DNA of 64,000 bases, from assembly GCA_964016885.1 (NCBI GenBank), contig OZ024740.1:58404001-58468000 (forward strand), in the 5' to 3' direction. The position numbers and the translations under genes are program-made. Below are positions 39,860 to 51,045 of this stretch, piece by piece. The notes beneath the pieces were generated by a model. The model searched no databases. It saw only the letters and a list, made by a program, of their open reading frames with translations, and was not told the DNA's origin. How positions within the stretch are numbered: the first letter of the stretch is position 1; each line of letters opens with the position of its first letter. Source of the DNA: Eledone cirrhosa (lineage: Eukaryota).

Positions 39860-40674
39860 TTTGCCTTGCTCGCATAGGATTGTCTGGCGGGCTTTCTACG
39901 GCTGGATGCCCTTCCTAACACCAACCACATTTGTAGTGTGGAACTGGGAGGTTTTTACCGTGTTACCTACACAGCCACATTACAGCGTGGACTGTGTGTT
40001 TTTTGTCGTGACACCTACACGACCTCATTTGTTTCGGCCTGGATGTTGTGGTACCAACATAACTTTACATTGAAAGGGGTGGTGTGGATGGGGTGGGGGT
40101 AGTGGGACGGGGTGTATTTTGTTAGAGGTGCCTACAGACTGTAGTAGGTTTTACTTTGTATTTAGGTAAGGCGGGTCTTCTCTATTACTGTGTAGCGCCA
40201 AAGATCTCTGTCCAGTGACATTGTCTTGGAGAGGTGTAAGTGTGTGAGGTCGGAATTTATCAAGTCGTCCCAGGTTTTTCTGGGTCTGCCTACTCCGTGG
40301 CTACCGTCTTTTTTTATTGCCCTGCACTTTTTTATACAGCTGTCGTCTTTCATGCGCATCACGTGACCATACCAACGTAGCCTTCTCTCGAGTAAACAGC
40401 ATTTGATCCCTCTTATTTCTAATTTTTCCCGTAGTTCGTTTATGCTTTGCCGTTCACGTATATTACTATTACACATCCAGCGGAGCATGCAAGCTTCGTT
40501 CCTCTCCAGTCTGCGTATATCCTCTGCACACAATGCCCAGGTCTCACTGCCATGCAACATTGTTGTTTGTGTGCCTTTCATTTTTAGGGAGAACCCTTTA
40601 GCGGCTAATAGTGGTATAAGCTCTCTGAACTTTTTCCATCCAGTTCTGACTCTAGCTACTGTACTTTCAGAGCA
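39860..40674 (-). mobile_element. RTE family A 3' fragment lacking the extreme 3' end
   Basis: ORF 40162..40581 and UTR. Confidence 0.9.
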
Positions 40675-40796
40675 TATATATATATATAGCGCATATATAG
40701 TATATATATATAGTATATATAGTATATATATATATATATAGTATATATATATATATATATATAGTATATATATATATATATATATATACGTATATA

Positions 40797-41165
40797 TACT
40801 ATTGACCTGCTGATAGGTGGTATATTGCCATAGAGATCCTTATTTGTTGGGTGTTCCCTCCAAGACATGTTTAAAGCAGCACGGAGCATACGTGAGTATG
40901 CCCTGCCCTGTCTAGCTTTTTTTCCAGTTTCGACATTAGCTGGCCACTGTTGGCGCAGCAAGGAAGAAATAGCAGGTGATGTGTTGTTATGGAGTCCATC
41001 TCATGGAGCAAGAAACGCTGGTCGTCCCAAGAAGACATACATCAAGCAACTTGAGCACGATACTGGATGCACTGCGGAAGAACTGGCAAACGCTATGAGA
41101 GACAGAGATGGATGGAGGAAACGTGTCGTAGAAAGCCGAGCAAGCTCGACCTGATGATCGTGATG
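40797..41165 (+). mobile_element. RTE-clade LINE (family D) short 3' end with 5' inversion
   Basis: Minus part AYSRMLRAALNMSWREHPTNKDLYGNIPPIS; plus part LAGHCWR...GRPKKTY...RDRDGWR; TGA tail. Confidence 0.82.
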
Positions 41166-41195
41166 TATACTATATATATATATATAGTATATATA

Positions 41196-41235
<40 letters not shown>

Positions 41236-41359
41236 TATATATATATATATATATAATTCTGTCTGGCTGTTCTAAATAATCTTGTGTATTTTTAAATGCC
41301 AGTATATCGCTTGTTACTGTTTATTGCTTTATTTGAAACCTTCTCCTGGCTGTTTTTCG

Positions 41360-44300
41360 ATATGATAGATGGACTAAGGAATTTCTGGAGAGTCTGAAGA
41401 ATCTGGACACTCGGAGACAATGCCAAAGATAACGACAAATTCACTTCATGCTGCCGGACAAAAGGACAAGGACTCCTCCTCTTTGTTTCGGCCGCGGATG
41501 GCCAACATAACCCCAACCCCATCCCTCACCCCTCCCCGCGACCCACCCACCAAACACAATCCAAAACTTCAGAGTTGGTACCATGAATGTAGGCACCTTA
41601 AAAGGTCGCGCTAGCGAGGTTGTAGAAATGCTTGAACGTAAGGAGGTTGATGTTTGCTGTATCCAAGAGACCAGGTGGAGGGGCGGGTCTGTTAGATTCA
41701 TTGTGGGTAAAAAACGATGCTATAAGCTTTTCTGGGTGGGAAATGACAATGGGCTGGGTGGGGTAGGAATCAAGTTAGCAGAAAAATGGGTGGATAAGAT
41801 AATAGATGTAAATAGAGTGAATGACAGAATAATTAAAATAAGACTTGTTCTAAATAGAACTACTGTGACAGTAATATCTGCGTACGCACCCCAATCCGAA
41901 CTGCCTGGCGCTATAAAAGACAGATTCTATGAGACACTGATGCTCACTACCTCCCAAATAACCAACAGTTACTATATAATTATTGCTGGAGACCTAAATG
42001 GTCACGTTGGACAACATTGTGACGGCTATGATGGAATCCATGGAGGCTATGGGTTTGGTAGTAGAAATGAGGAAGGCTCCAGAATCCTGGAATTCTGTGA
42101 CGCAAATAGCTTAACTATCTGTAACACTAACTTCAAAAAACGAGACAATCACTTGATCACCTACAGATCAGGGGAACATACCAGCCAGGTAGATTATATC
42201 CTTACCAGAAGACATGACAGAGTGTCTGTTGTAAACACTAAATCCCTCCCCCATGAAGAATGCACCTCCCAACATAGACTCATAATTAGCGACCTCATAG
42301 TCAGGACGAGACGTACTCAACAACAGAAGAGGACTATCATCAGGAGATAAATATGGAAGCTAAAGGACCCCACAGCCAGTAATATATTTAAAAGCATATT
42401 ACTTGATGCTTTCGACAGTAAGGAAGAGCAATTAGAGTCGTACAATATAGAGGAACAGTGGGAATTCCTGAAAGTAAACCTGCTGATGGAGGCAGATGAA
42501 GTCTGTGGCTGGAGCAGGCCTATAGGCAGGAGGAGAGTAACGTGGTGGTGGAACAGTAAGGTGGAGGAGTCAATTAAGGCCAAAAAGCAGGCTTGGAAAG
42601 TATGGTGGGATGGGGAAAGTAGAGAAGACTATCAAGTGGCCAGGAGGGAAGCTAGGAGACAAGTGTACTTCGCAAGAAGGGAAGCAGAGGAAAGAAAGTT
42701 CAAGCATGTTCTACAACGCGAGGACCAAAAACGTGAGGTGTTCAGGATTGCTAGGCAATGTGTCAAGGAAAACCGTGATATTGTCGGGGAGAAGTGTGTC
42801 CTTAATGATGATGGTTTACTTGCCATCACTGACGCTGATAAGAAGGTAGCTTGGAAGTGTCACTACGAAAGGCTACTAAATGAGGAGAATAAATGGGAGA
42901 AAGACAGTCTCCCCCACCTCGATCCAATAGAGGGACCAGCAGTGTTAGTCGAAGGTAGTATAATAAGTAAGGCAATCAAAGATATGAAGACGGGTAAGGC
43001 GGATGGGCCTTCGGAAATAGTTGCTGAAATGCTGAAAGCTCCTGGAACGGTGGGACACACCATGGTCACCCGGATAGTAAACCAAGTCATACAGAATGGG
43101 GTTGTTCCGAAGGACTGGCATAGCAGCATCAACATTAACTGCTACAAGGGTAAAGGAGATGCCCTAGATAGGGGTAACTATAGAGGCATTAGCCCTCTAC
43201 TATTTATTATTGCCCTTCAGGCTATAACTGGAGTTCAAGACCGGCTGCTCATGGGAACTTCTATACGCAGATGATCTAACGCTCATAGCTGAATCAATGG
43301 CTGAACTAGAGAAGGAATTCCAAACATGGAAGCATGGCCTAGAATCAAAAGGCTTTAAAATTAGCCTGTCTAAGACTAAAGTTCTAGTATGTAGGAAGGA
43401 AAATAGTGCACCGGTCCCATCCAGGAAATGGCCATGCTCAGTGTGTAGAAAAGGAGTAGGTAGAAACTCCATTTTATGTCCCAAATGCAAAGTATGGGTG
43501 CATAAAAGATGTAGTGGGATCATAGGTAAGCTAACTAAGAATATAGATTTTATATGTGGCCGGTGCTCTGGTGCAATAAGTAGCAGCAAGTGCCCATGGA
43601 ATACTAGTTCATTCCATTGCATAGATGGTTCTATAGAAATAGTGGACACCTTCCGTTACTTGGGTGACAAAATCAGCAGTGGTAGAGGGTGTTCTGAAAG
43701 TACAGTAGCTAGAGTCAGAACTGGATGGAAAAAGTTCAGAGAGCTTATACCACTATTAGCCGCTAAAGGGTTCTCTCTAAAAATGAAAGGCAGGCTGTAT
43801 GATGCCTGCATACGAAAAGCAATGTTACATGGCAGTGAGACCTGGGCATTGTGTGCAGAGGATATACGCAGACTGGAGAGGAACGAAGCTTGCATGCTCC
43901 GCTGGATGTGTAATAGTAATATACGTGAATGGCAAAGCATAAACGAACTAAGGGAAAAATTAGGAATAAGAGGGATCAGATGTTGTTTTCTCGAGAGAAG
44001 ACGACGTTGGTACGGTCACGTGATGCGCATGAAAGATGACAGCTGTATAAAAAAGTGCAGGGCAATAAAAATAGACGGTAGCCACGGAGTAGGCAGACCC
44101 AGAAAAGCCTGGGACGACTTGATAAAATCCGACCTCACACACTTACATCTTTCCAAGACAATGTCACTGGACCGAGATCTTTGGCGCTTCACAGTAATAC
44201 AGAAGACCCGCCTTACCTAAGTACAAAGTGAAACCTACTACAGTCAGTAGGTACCTCTAACAAAAATACACCCCCGTCCCACTACCCCACCCCATCCACA

Positions 44301-44600
44301 CCACCCCTTTTAATGTAAAATTAGGTTGGTACCACAACATCCAGTCCGAAACAAATGAGGTCGTGTAGGTGTCACAACAAAAAAACACACAGTCCACACT
44401 GTAATGTGGCCATGTAGGTAACACGGTAAAAACCTCCCAGTCCACACTGTAAATGTGGTTGGTGTTAGGAAGGGCATCCAGCCGTACAAAACCCGCCAGA
44501 CAGTCCTATGCGAGCAAGACAACCACTCTTGCCTCAAGTGGGAAAACTCACGTCCAAACCCATGCAAGCGTGGAACATGGACGTTAAATGATGATGATGA
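41360..44600 (+). mobile_element. Near full-length RTE family A copy with stops and a ~380-bp internal RT deletion at ~43190
   Basis: ORFs 41583, 42486 and 43297 (APE, RT, PHD). NYRGI is joined directly to SPLLF. Confidence 0.95.
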
Positions 44601-44602
44601 TA

Positions 44603-44632
<30 letters not shown>

Positions 44633-44633
<1 letters not shown>

Positions 44634-44939
44634 CAAAAGTTCTATTAAAATTGTTGGGATACAACAAGCAAATATTTTTATAACTGATATAAAGCACTCG
44701 ACAAGTATTTGGAGTAGATATACGATATTAACAAATGGAAACTATATTTATAAAACCATACTTATTTCATTATACATATTTCAAGGATACCAAGTTAAAT
44801 TATGGTATGCCTTCATCAGACAAAATACTATATATACCAGTTTTATAAATAAACATTGACGTACCCTTTCAAAATGCAACTGTTACTTTATAATGAAATA
44901 AATATGGTTTTATAAATATAGTTTCCATTTGTTAATATC

Positions 44940-44944
<5 letters not shown>
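44633..44944 (-). mobile_element. Non-coding PLE terminus (17223 family) with inverted copy 44889..44944
   Basis: Homology to 33501..33730; hammerhead; inverted arm. Confidence 0.85.
44764..44826 (-). ncRNA. Minimal type I hammerhead ribozyme
   Basis: ATTTTGT-CTGATGA-AGGCATACCA(...)TGGTATCCTT-GAAA-TATGTA-TA-ATGAAAT. Confidence 0.85.
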
Positions 44945-44987
<43 letters not shown>

Positions 44988-45119
44988 GTGAGGTTTTTTT
45001 TACAAAATGAAAAGTAACCAAGGTGTCCCACACGAGTGAAAGTATAAAGAAAAAAAGATGAAATCGAAAATGCAACTGGAGTCTTATTTAAAAAAAAAAT
45101 ATATATATTTATTTGGTTT

Positions 45120-45155
45120 CCTTACCGGTTTCGCAGTTCTTCTGCTTTTCAAAAG
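45120..45155 (-). ncRNA. Minimal hammerhead, U3-A8 variant, in a ~210-bp probable PLE terminus (44982..45190)
   Basis: CTT-TTGAAAA-GCAG(aagaa)CTGC-GAAA-CCGG-TA-AGG. Confidence 0.7.
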
Positions 45156-45192
45156 TAGAGTTGAGATGGAGGGTCTATGGTTTTTATATATA

Positions 45193-45236
<44 letters not shown>

Positions 45237-45240
<4 letters not shown>

Positions 45241-45405
45241 TGTAAATGTGGTTGGTGTTAGGAAGGGCATCCAGCTGTAGAAAACCCGCCAGACAGTCCT
45301 ATGCAAGCAAGACAACCACTCTTGCCTCAAGTGGGAAAACTCCCGTCCAAACCCATGCAAGCATGGAACATGGACGTTAAACGATGATGATGATGATGAT
45401 GATGA
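45237..45405 (+). mobile_element. RTE family A extreme 3' end
   Basis: UTR end and (TGA)n. Confidence 0.88.
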
Positions 45406-45423
45406 TATATATATATATATATA

Positions 45424-45516
<93 letters not shown>

Positions 45517-45520
<4 letters not shown>

Positions 45521-46066
45521 AGTGTAATTTTCTACACAAAACGAAGGTTATAGAGAAAATTGAGGTTGGTAATGGCACATGGAATATATAAGAGACAGAA
45601 TACTTTTTTGTGAAAAAACATAATTTTATAAGGTAAGGAAATAATAAAGGGTATAAAAAATGACCGGTTTCGATGGGTCTGCAAAAACCATCTTTTCAAA
45701 TGTTGATTAATATTAAGAAAAATTAATAATACGAAGAGTTAAAATTTGAGATTTGAAAATTCAAGTATAAAATTCATTGTGGGATTTCATAGCAGTTTTC
45801 ATCTAGGTAGCAACAACAGGTTGACTGCTGTGTCCCTTTCTGGTAGTGAATGAGAAGTTATTTGGGGTGTGGGTTATTTTATAAAGGTCAGATTTAGCAA
45901 TCACCAACTGGCCAGCTGCTGGTCAGTGAGAGGGTGGAAGCAATATACATACACATATCTTCCTGTGGTGGGTAGGAGAGTGGAGCGTGATAGAAAGGGA
46001 TTTAGTGCACTTACACCTATATATACACACATACCTTCATCCACACATACATACATATACATATAC

Positions 46067-46127
<61 letters not shown>

Positions 46128-46380
46128 GATGAAAACTGCTATGAAATCCCACAATGAATTTTATACTTGAATTTTCAAATCTCAAATTTTAACTCTTCGT
46201 ATTATTAATTTTTCTTAATATTAATCAACATTTGAAAAGATGGCTTTTACAGACCCATCGAAACCGGTCATTTTTTATACCCTTTATTATTTCCTTACCT
46301 TATAAAATTATGTTTTTTCACAAAAAAGTATTCTGTCTCTTATATATTCCATGTGCCATTACCAACCTCAATTTTCTCTC
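45517..46380 (-). mobile_element. Non-coding PLE-type insertion with ~255-bp inverted arms, each with a U3-A8 hammerhead (45657..45703 -, 46227..46274 +)
   Basis: 45550..45805 is the inverse of 46126..46380; TTGAAAA-GATGG(...)CCATC-GAAA-CCGG-TC. Confidence 0.75.
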
Positions 46381-46476
46381 TCTCTCTATATATATATATA
46401 CTGTATATATATATATATATAGTATATATATATATATATATATACAGTATATATATATATATATATACTCTATGTG

Positions 46477-46507
<31 letters not shown>

Positions 46508-46550
46508 ATACTCTGTGTGTGTGTATGTATATATATATGTACTGTGTGTG

Positions 46551-46584
<34 letters not shown>

Positions 46585-46712
46585 CTGTGTGTATATATAT
46601 ATATACATACTGTGTGTGTGTATATATATATATATAATATGTATGTGTGTGTATGTATATAATATGTATGTGTGTATATATAATATGTATGTGTGTGTGT
46701 ATGTATATATAT

Positions 46713-47780
46713 ACTATATTATATTTTGAGATTAAACTCTCAGTCGTTTACAATTAAACAGCTCCAAGAAAGAGGCATTTCCGAGCAGTTAAATACATTA
46801 ATATATATATGATAAACACAAAACGTGTTTGCATTGCAACAGACAAAGTTAGCTATCAATGAAATAAACTAATTAAAGTGAATACAATTTGTCTGACTCG
46901 ATATAAGTCAATAAAGACAAGCTTATATTGGCAAAAGCCGTGATTCCTGGACAAATCTAAATTTCAAAATCCAAACCCGCTCCGTAGATGAATTTGAACT
47001 TCGAAACCTAAATATGTTTCGCAACGATGGTACATGAATTGAAAAATAAAGAGAATCGAAATGGAATTGAAATAAAAAGTGAAATATCCAAATCTTCTGT
47101 GCTTATCAACAGGAATCCAGTAAAATTAGTACATTCCACCATCAAAAATTTTGCAGATCTGACTACACGTGTGTGTAGCCAGACCAAACTAGCTGTCCCG
47201 TATTCCCGGTGCTAGAAATAACAGCCGTTTATGTGGGATTAAAGATCAGCTCTACAGTTAAGGAGCAATATACTATATTATATTTTGAGATTAAACTCTC
47301 AGTCGTTTACAATTAATCAGCTCCAAGAAAGAGGCATTTCCGAGCAGTTAAATACATTAATATATATGATAAACACAAAACGTGTTTGCATTGCAACAGA
47401 CAAAGTTAGCTATCAATGAAATAAACTAATTAAAGTAAATACAATTTGTCTGTCTCGATATAAGTCAATAAAGCACAGAAGATTTGGATATTTCACTTTT
47501 TATTTCAATTCCATTTCGATTATCTTTATTTTTCAATTCATGTACCATCGTTGCGAAACATATTTAGGTTTCGAAGTTCAAATTCATCTACGGAGCGGGT
47601 TTGGATTTCGAAATTTAGATTTGTCCAGGAATCACGGCTTTTGCCAATATAAGCTTATCTTTATTGACTTATATCGAGACAGACAAATTGTATTCACTTT
47701 AATTAGTTTATTTCATTGATAGCTAACTTTGTCTGTTGCAATGCAAACACGTTTTGTGTTTATCATATATATTAATGTAT
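46713..47780. repeat. Direct + inverted repeat structure (46713..~47105; direct partial copy 47268..47472; inverted copy 47470..47780)
   Basis: Near-identical blocks read directly; no ORF or clear ribozyme. Confidence 0.85.
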
Positions 47781-48907
47781 ATATATATATATATATTTCA
47801 ATCATATTGGCATTTTAGTAAGTTATTATTTTATTTGCTTTATATATTGCCATAGCTTCTCAGATACATAAAATTGTAGATTTGGTTTCAATCAAAATAA
47901 GCAATAATATTCACAAAAATGTTGTATTTTAGATAGTTCCTAATTGAGTAAAAAGGCTGTTTAATATCTTTGTTTTCCATACTAATATAGATTGTATTTG
48001 AAAATACTGATATTGCATAAATTAAGAGAATATTTTTCCTGTTAAAAAAGTTGTATACATATTTTTTTCTTTTTAGTAGCAGTATTTGAATATACAGATA
48101 ATCACACAACCTAGACATATTTTGGAAATACATCATGTAAATTATGTTAAAGCACTCCTATATCTTTGGCTATTTTATTGCACAAACTGTTGGCACATAC
48201 AATACAAAAAATATTCTTTTCTTTATCTATGTATAGATACTAAAAGCTAAAGAAACAATCAGCTATAACTACTTCCAGAAAAGCTATAAGCTTCTTATGA
48301 AAAATAAGTTATCTTCCAGGAAAGAAATTCATATTCATTATACAATCCTAATGTTAAAAAGATTTTTGTCTCTCATCAATAAACATCTATCATTTACAAT
48401 GTGTTTCCTATAAAATTAGCACCCTTCTAACGTGATTACAGCCAGGACCTGAATTTACCAAGTTATTATTTCACCTCCACATGGCTATTTGCAATAGTCT
48501 ATTTTAAGACATTTTCTCAATATGACCTGATGCAATTTAAAGTGGGAAACATTAATCTTATTTTCTCTTGTAACCTTTTGTATATAAAAGTATTAGTTTT
48601 CCTCTATTTCATATTAGAGAAAAGGAGAGGTAAGAGATTTGTATATAAACTCCATACAATCAAGAGAAATATCTACTGTTTGAAAAGTATTGAATTAATC
48701 TACATAATAGTAGGTTTTAAATATTGTTTTGTTATTTAAATATTCTAATTCATTCATTATTTTATTTTGTAAATTTCAAACTGTATGAACAGGATTTTCT
48801 CAAAACATAAATACTTTGCACTATATAAAGTACATCAATATTAAATAACTGAAATTGTGTATCAGAAAAAAAAAATTTAGATTTATTGTTTTAATCAAGG
48901 TAACACA

Positions 48908-49100
48908 GTAGATTGGCAGAATCTGACAAAATGACTTACTATATTTAGTTGGGGTCCATAATGTTCTGTATTAAAATTTCATTTATTTTTACTTTGCCTT
49001 TCATCTTTCTAGGGATCAATAAAATAAGTACCAGTCAAGTACTAGGGTTGATATAATTGACTGCCTTCCACACATATTTCTGGCCTTGTGCTTATGTAAG
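48908..49100 (+). mobile_element. Old SINE type 3 remnant, followed by old RTE-tail/SINE remnants to ~49440
   Basis: ACTTTGCCTTTCATCTTTCTAGGGATCAATAAAATAAGTACCAG core. Confidence 0.65.
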
Positions 49101-49559
49101 ATTTTGTTTTAATCAAGATATGTTTGATATATCATCACCACCTATTAACGCCCATTTGCCATACAAGCGTGGGTTGGACAGGTTGACCCATTGGGATCAA
49201 GTCAGATCAGATGACTGTGTCTTGCTAACTCAGAACCATTTCTGGCTTGGTTTCTACAGCTACACGCCCTTCCTAACCAACCACATTTACAGTGAGAACT
49301 CAGTGTTTTTTATCGTGGCATCAAAATGAGTGCTTTTTGACTTGACACCAATATGGCCACTTTACAGTGTGAACTGGGTGTTTATATTTACACACACACA
49401 CATACATACATATCATCACCATCCATTTTTTCATGCTAACATATATATATAATTTTATTTGGCTGAAAATAGCTGGTCAGTGACTATAGCCTTCACAGGC
49501 TGGAACATTGATGTTCTAATTAAACTTCTGCAGGTTGATGTCTTTAAGTAAAAGAAAAA

Positions 49560-50500
49560 ATTATAGTTGCAGACGGAAGAGATGGAGTGCAGTATTTAGT
49601 AAGAGATTTGTAATTTTGACAAGAAAAGAAAAATCAGAATCCTCTACTGTTAGATAATTCATAAGAGCAAAAGCTGTTATGATGATATTAGAAAGAACAG
49701 AGAAAAGACACAGCAAATCTGTAGTGTAGGATCTCCACTTTGTTGGCTGACTTCCAGCAACTTCACTGACCATTGAGTCCTCCAGCTGCTGTAACAATTT
49801 ACTTTGCTGTTTCTGGTTGTAATAATAAGAGTGGCAATAGATATAGATTGCAAATTGGAGAACAGCATACATCTTTGCTTGAACACCAGTGATTTTTTTT
49901 CTGTTCATAATCAAAACACCATCCTAGCATGGAGCAACACATAACTGGATGTCAGCAGCAATTGAATTCAGCTCTTACATGATACACAGCAGAAGGGATT
50001 CAGTGTTAAGTTCAGAATTTCCTCAATATCCAATAAATTCTTCAGATAATATTGTTGAAAACAGCACAGAACAAATGGGAGCTATTCACTTTCAAAGATA
50101 TCCTTTGTTTCATCTGCAATCAATGCAAAAAGGCCTGACTTAGGCACGCACTTCTTGTGCTATTTCTCTTTTGCTTTCTGATATCATGTTAAAAGGAAAC
50201 TAATTCTGAATATTATGCTGTAAATAGTTTGTATTTTGGGACTCTTCCATTACCTATTCCCTGATGATAGAATCAATATTTGGCTTATTGTTTCCATCAT
50301 GTTGCTTTGCTTTTCCTTACCATGTTCATATCCACTTTAGGAAATCTATTGTCATACCATTAATCATAAAACAAATGCTAAAATAAATAGATAGTGCCTA
50401 TTTCTCACACATTTGCTTTGGATGCTCTTTATAGGCCATAGAGAGCATTCATATATTCCTTTCCCAAAATATTTTTGTAGTCCCTCTATACAGAAATTAT
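49560..50500 (-). pseudogene. Decayed hAT (Tip100/ZMYM1-like, DUF4371) transposase
   Basis: Across broken frames: NYLQHNIQN, GLFALIADETKDI, EEFIG, ESLLLCI, CVA..DG..IM..KITGVQAKM, AIYIYCHSY. Confidence 0.72.
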
Positions 50501-50683
50501 GATATGGAACTTGGACTTTTGATGAATAACCACAGCACCCTTTTGCCCAGTAACATGCAATTGTAATCATCCTTATCATTGCTTCTTTTCTCAACCTGTT
50601 GACTCAAAATCCATTGAATCTATACACTTATAATCTGGAGATTATGTAGAACTTCTAGTTGATAATATCAACACCAGTTTTAT

Positions 50684-50900
50684 TTAACCCTTTAGCATTT
50701 AAACCAGCCATATCTGACCAGAGTCCTCTCACTTCTTTTTGTTCAAACTGGCTATAACTTGCTATTCATACTGATGCTCAGGTATTCTTCTCTAAATAAA
50801 TAATATCAAAATCCCATAGATTCGATATCATGTGAGGTAAAACCTTTACCATGAAAACACAATTGTAAATATAGAGTAATGTAAATGCTTAAAGGTTTAA
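50684..50900. mobile_element. TTAA-flanked MITE (piggyBac-like)
   Basis: TTAACCCTTTAGCATTTA ... TAAATGCTTAAAGGTTTAA imperfect TIRs. Confidence 0.6.
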
Positions 50901-51045
50901 CAATCTTTGTTTAAAACATAGTTGAGTTATCTATTTGACTTAAAGGGATGTAACTCAACATAGTATTTCTATACTAGTATATTGGAACATAAACACATGC
51001 AAATACACACACACACACACAATTATTATTATTATTATTATTATT

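Noticed and set aside
43180-43200. Spliced-out intron explaining the RT deletion
   Set aside because: The deleted segment ends near TTCTCAG but has no GT donor at its start.
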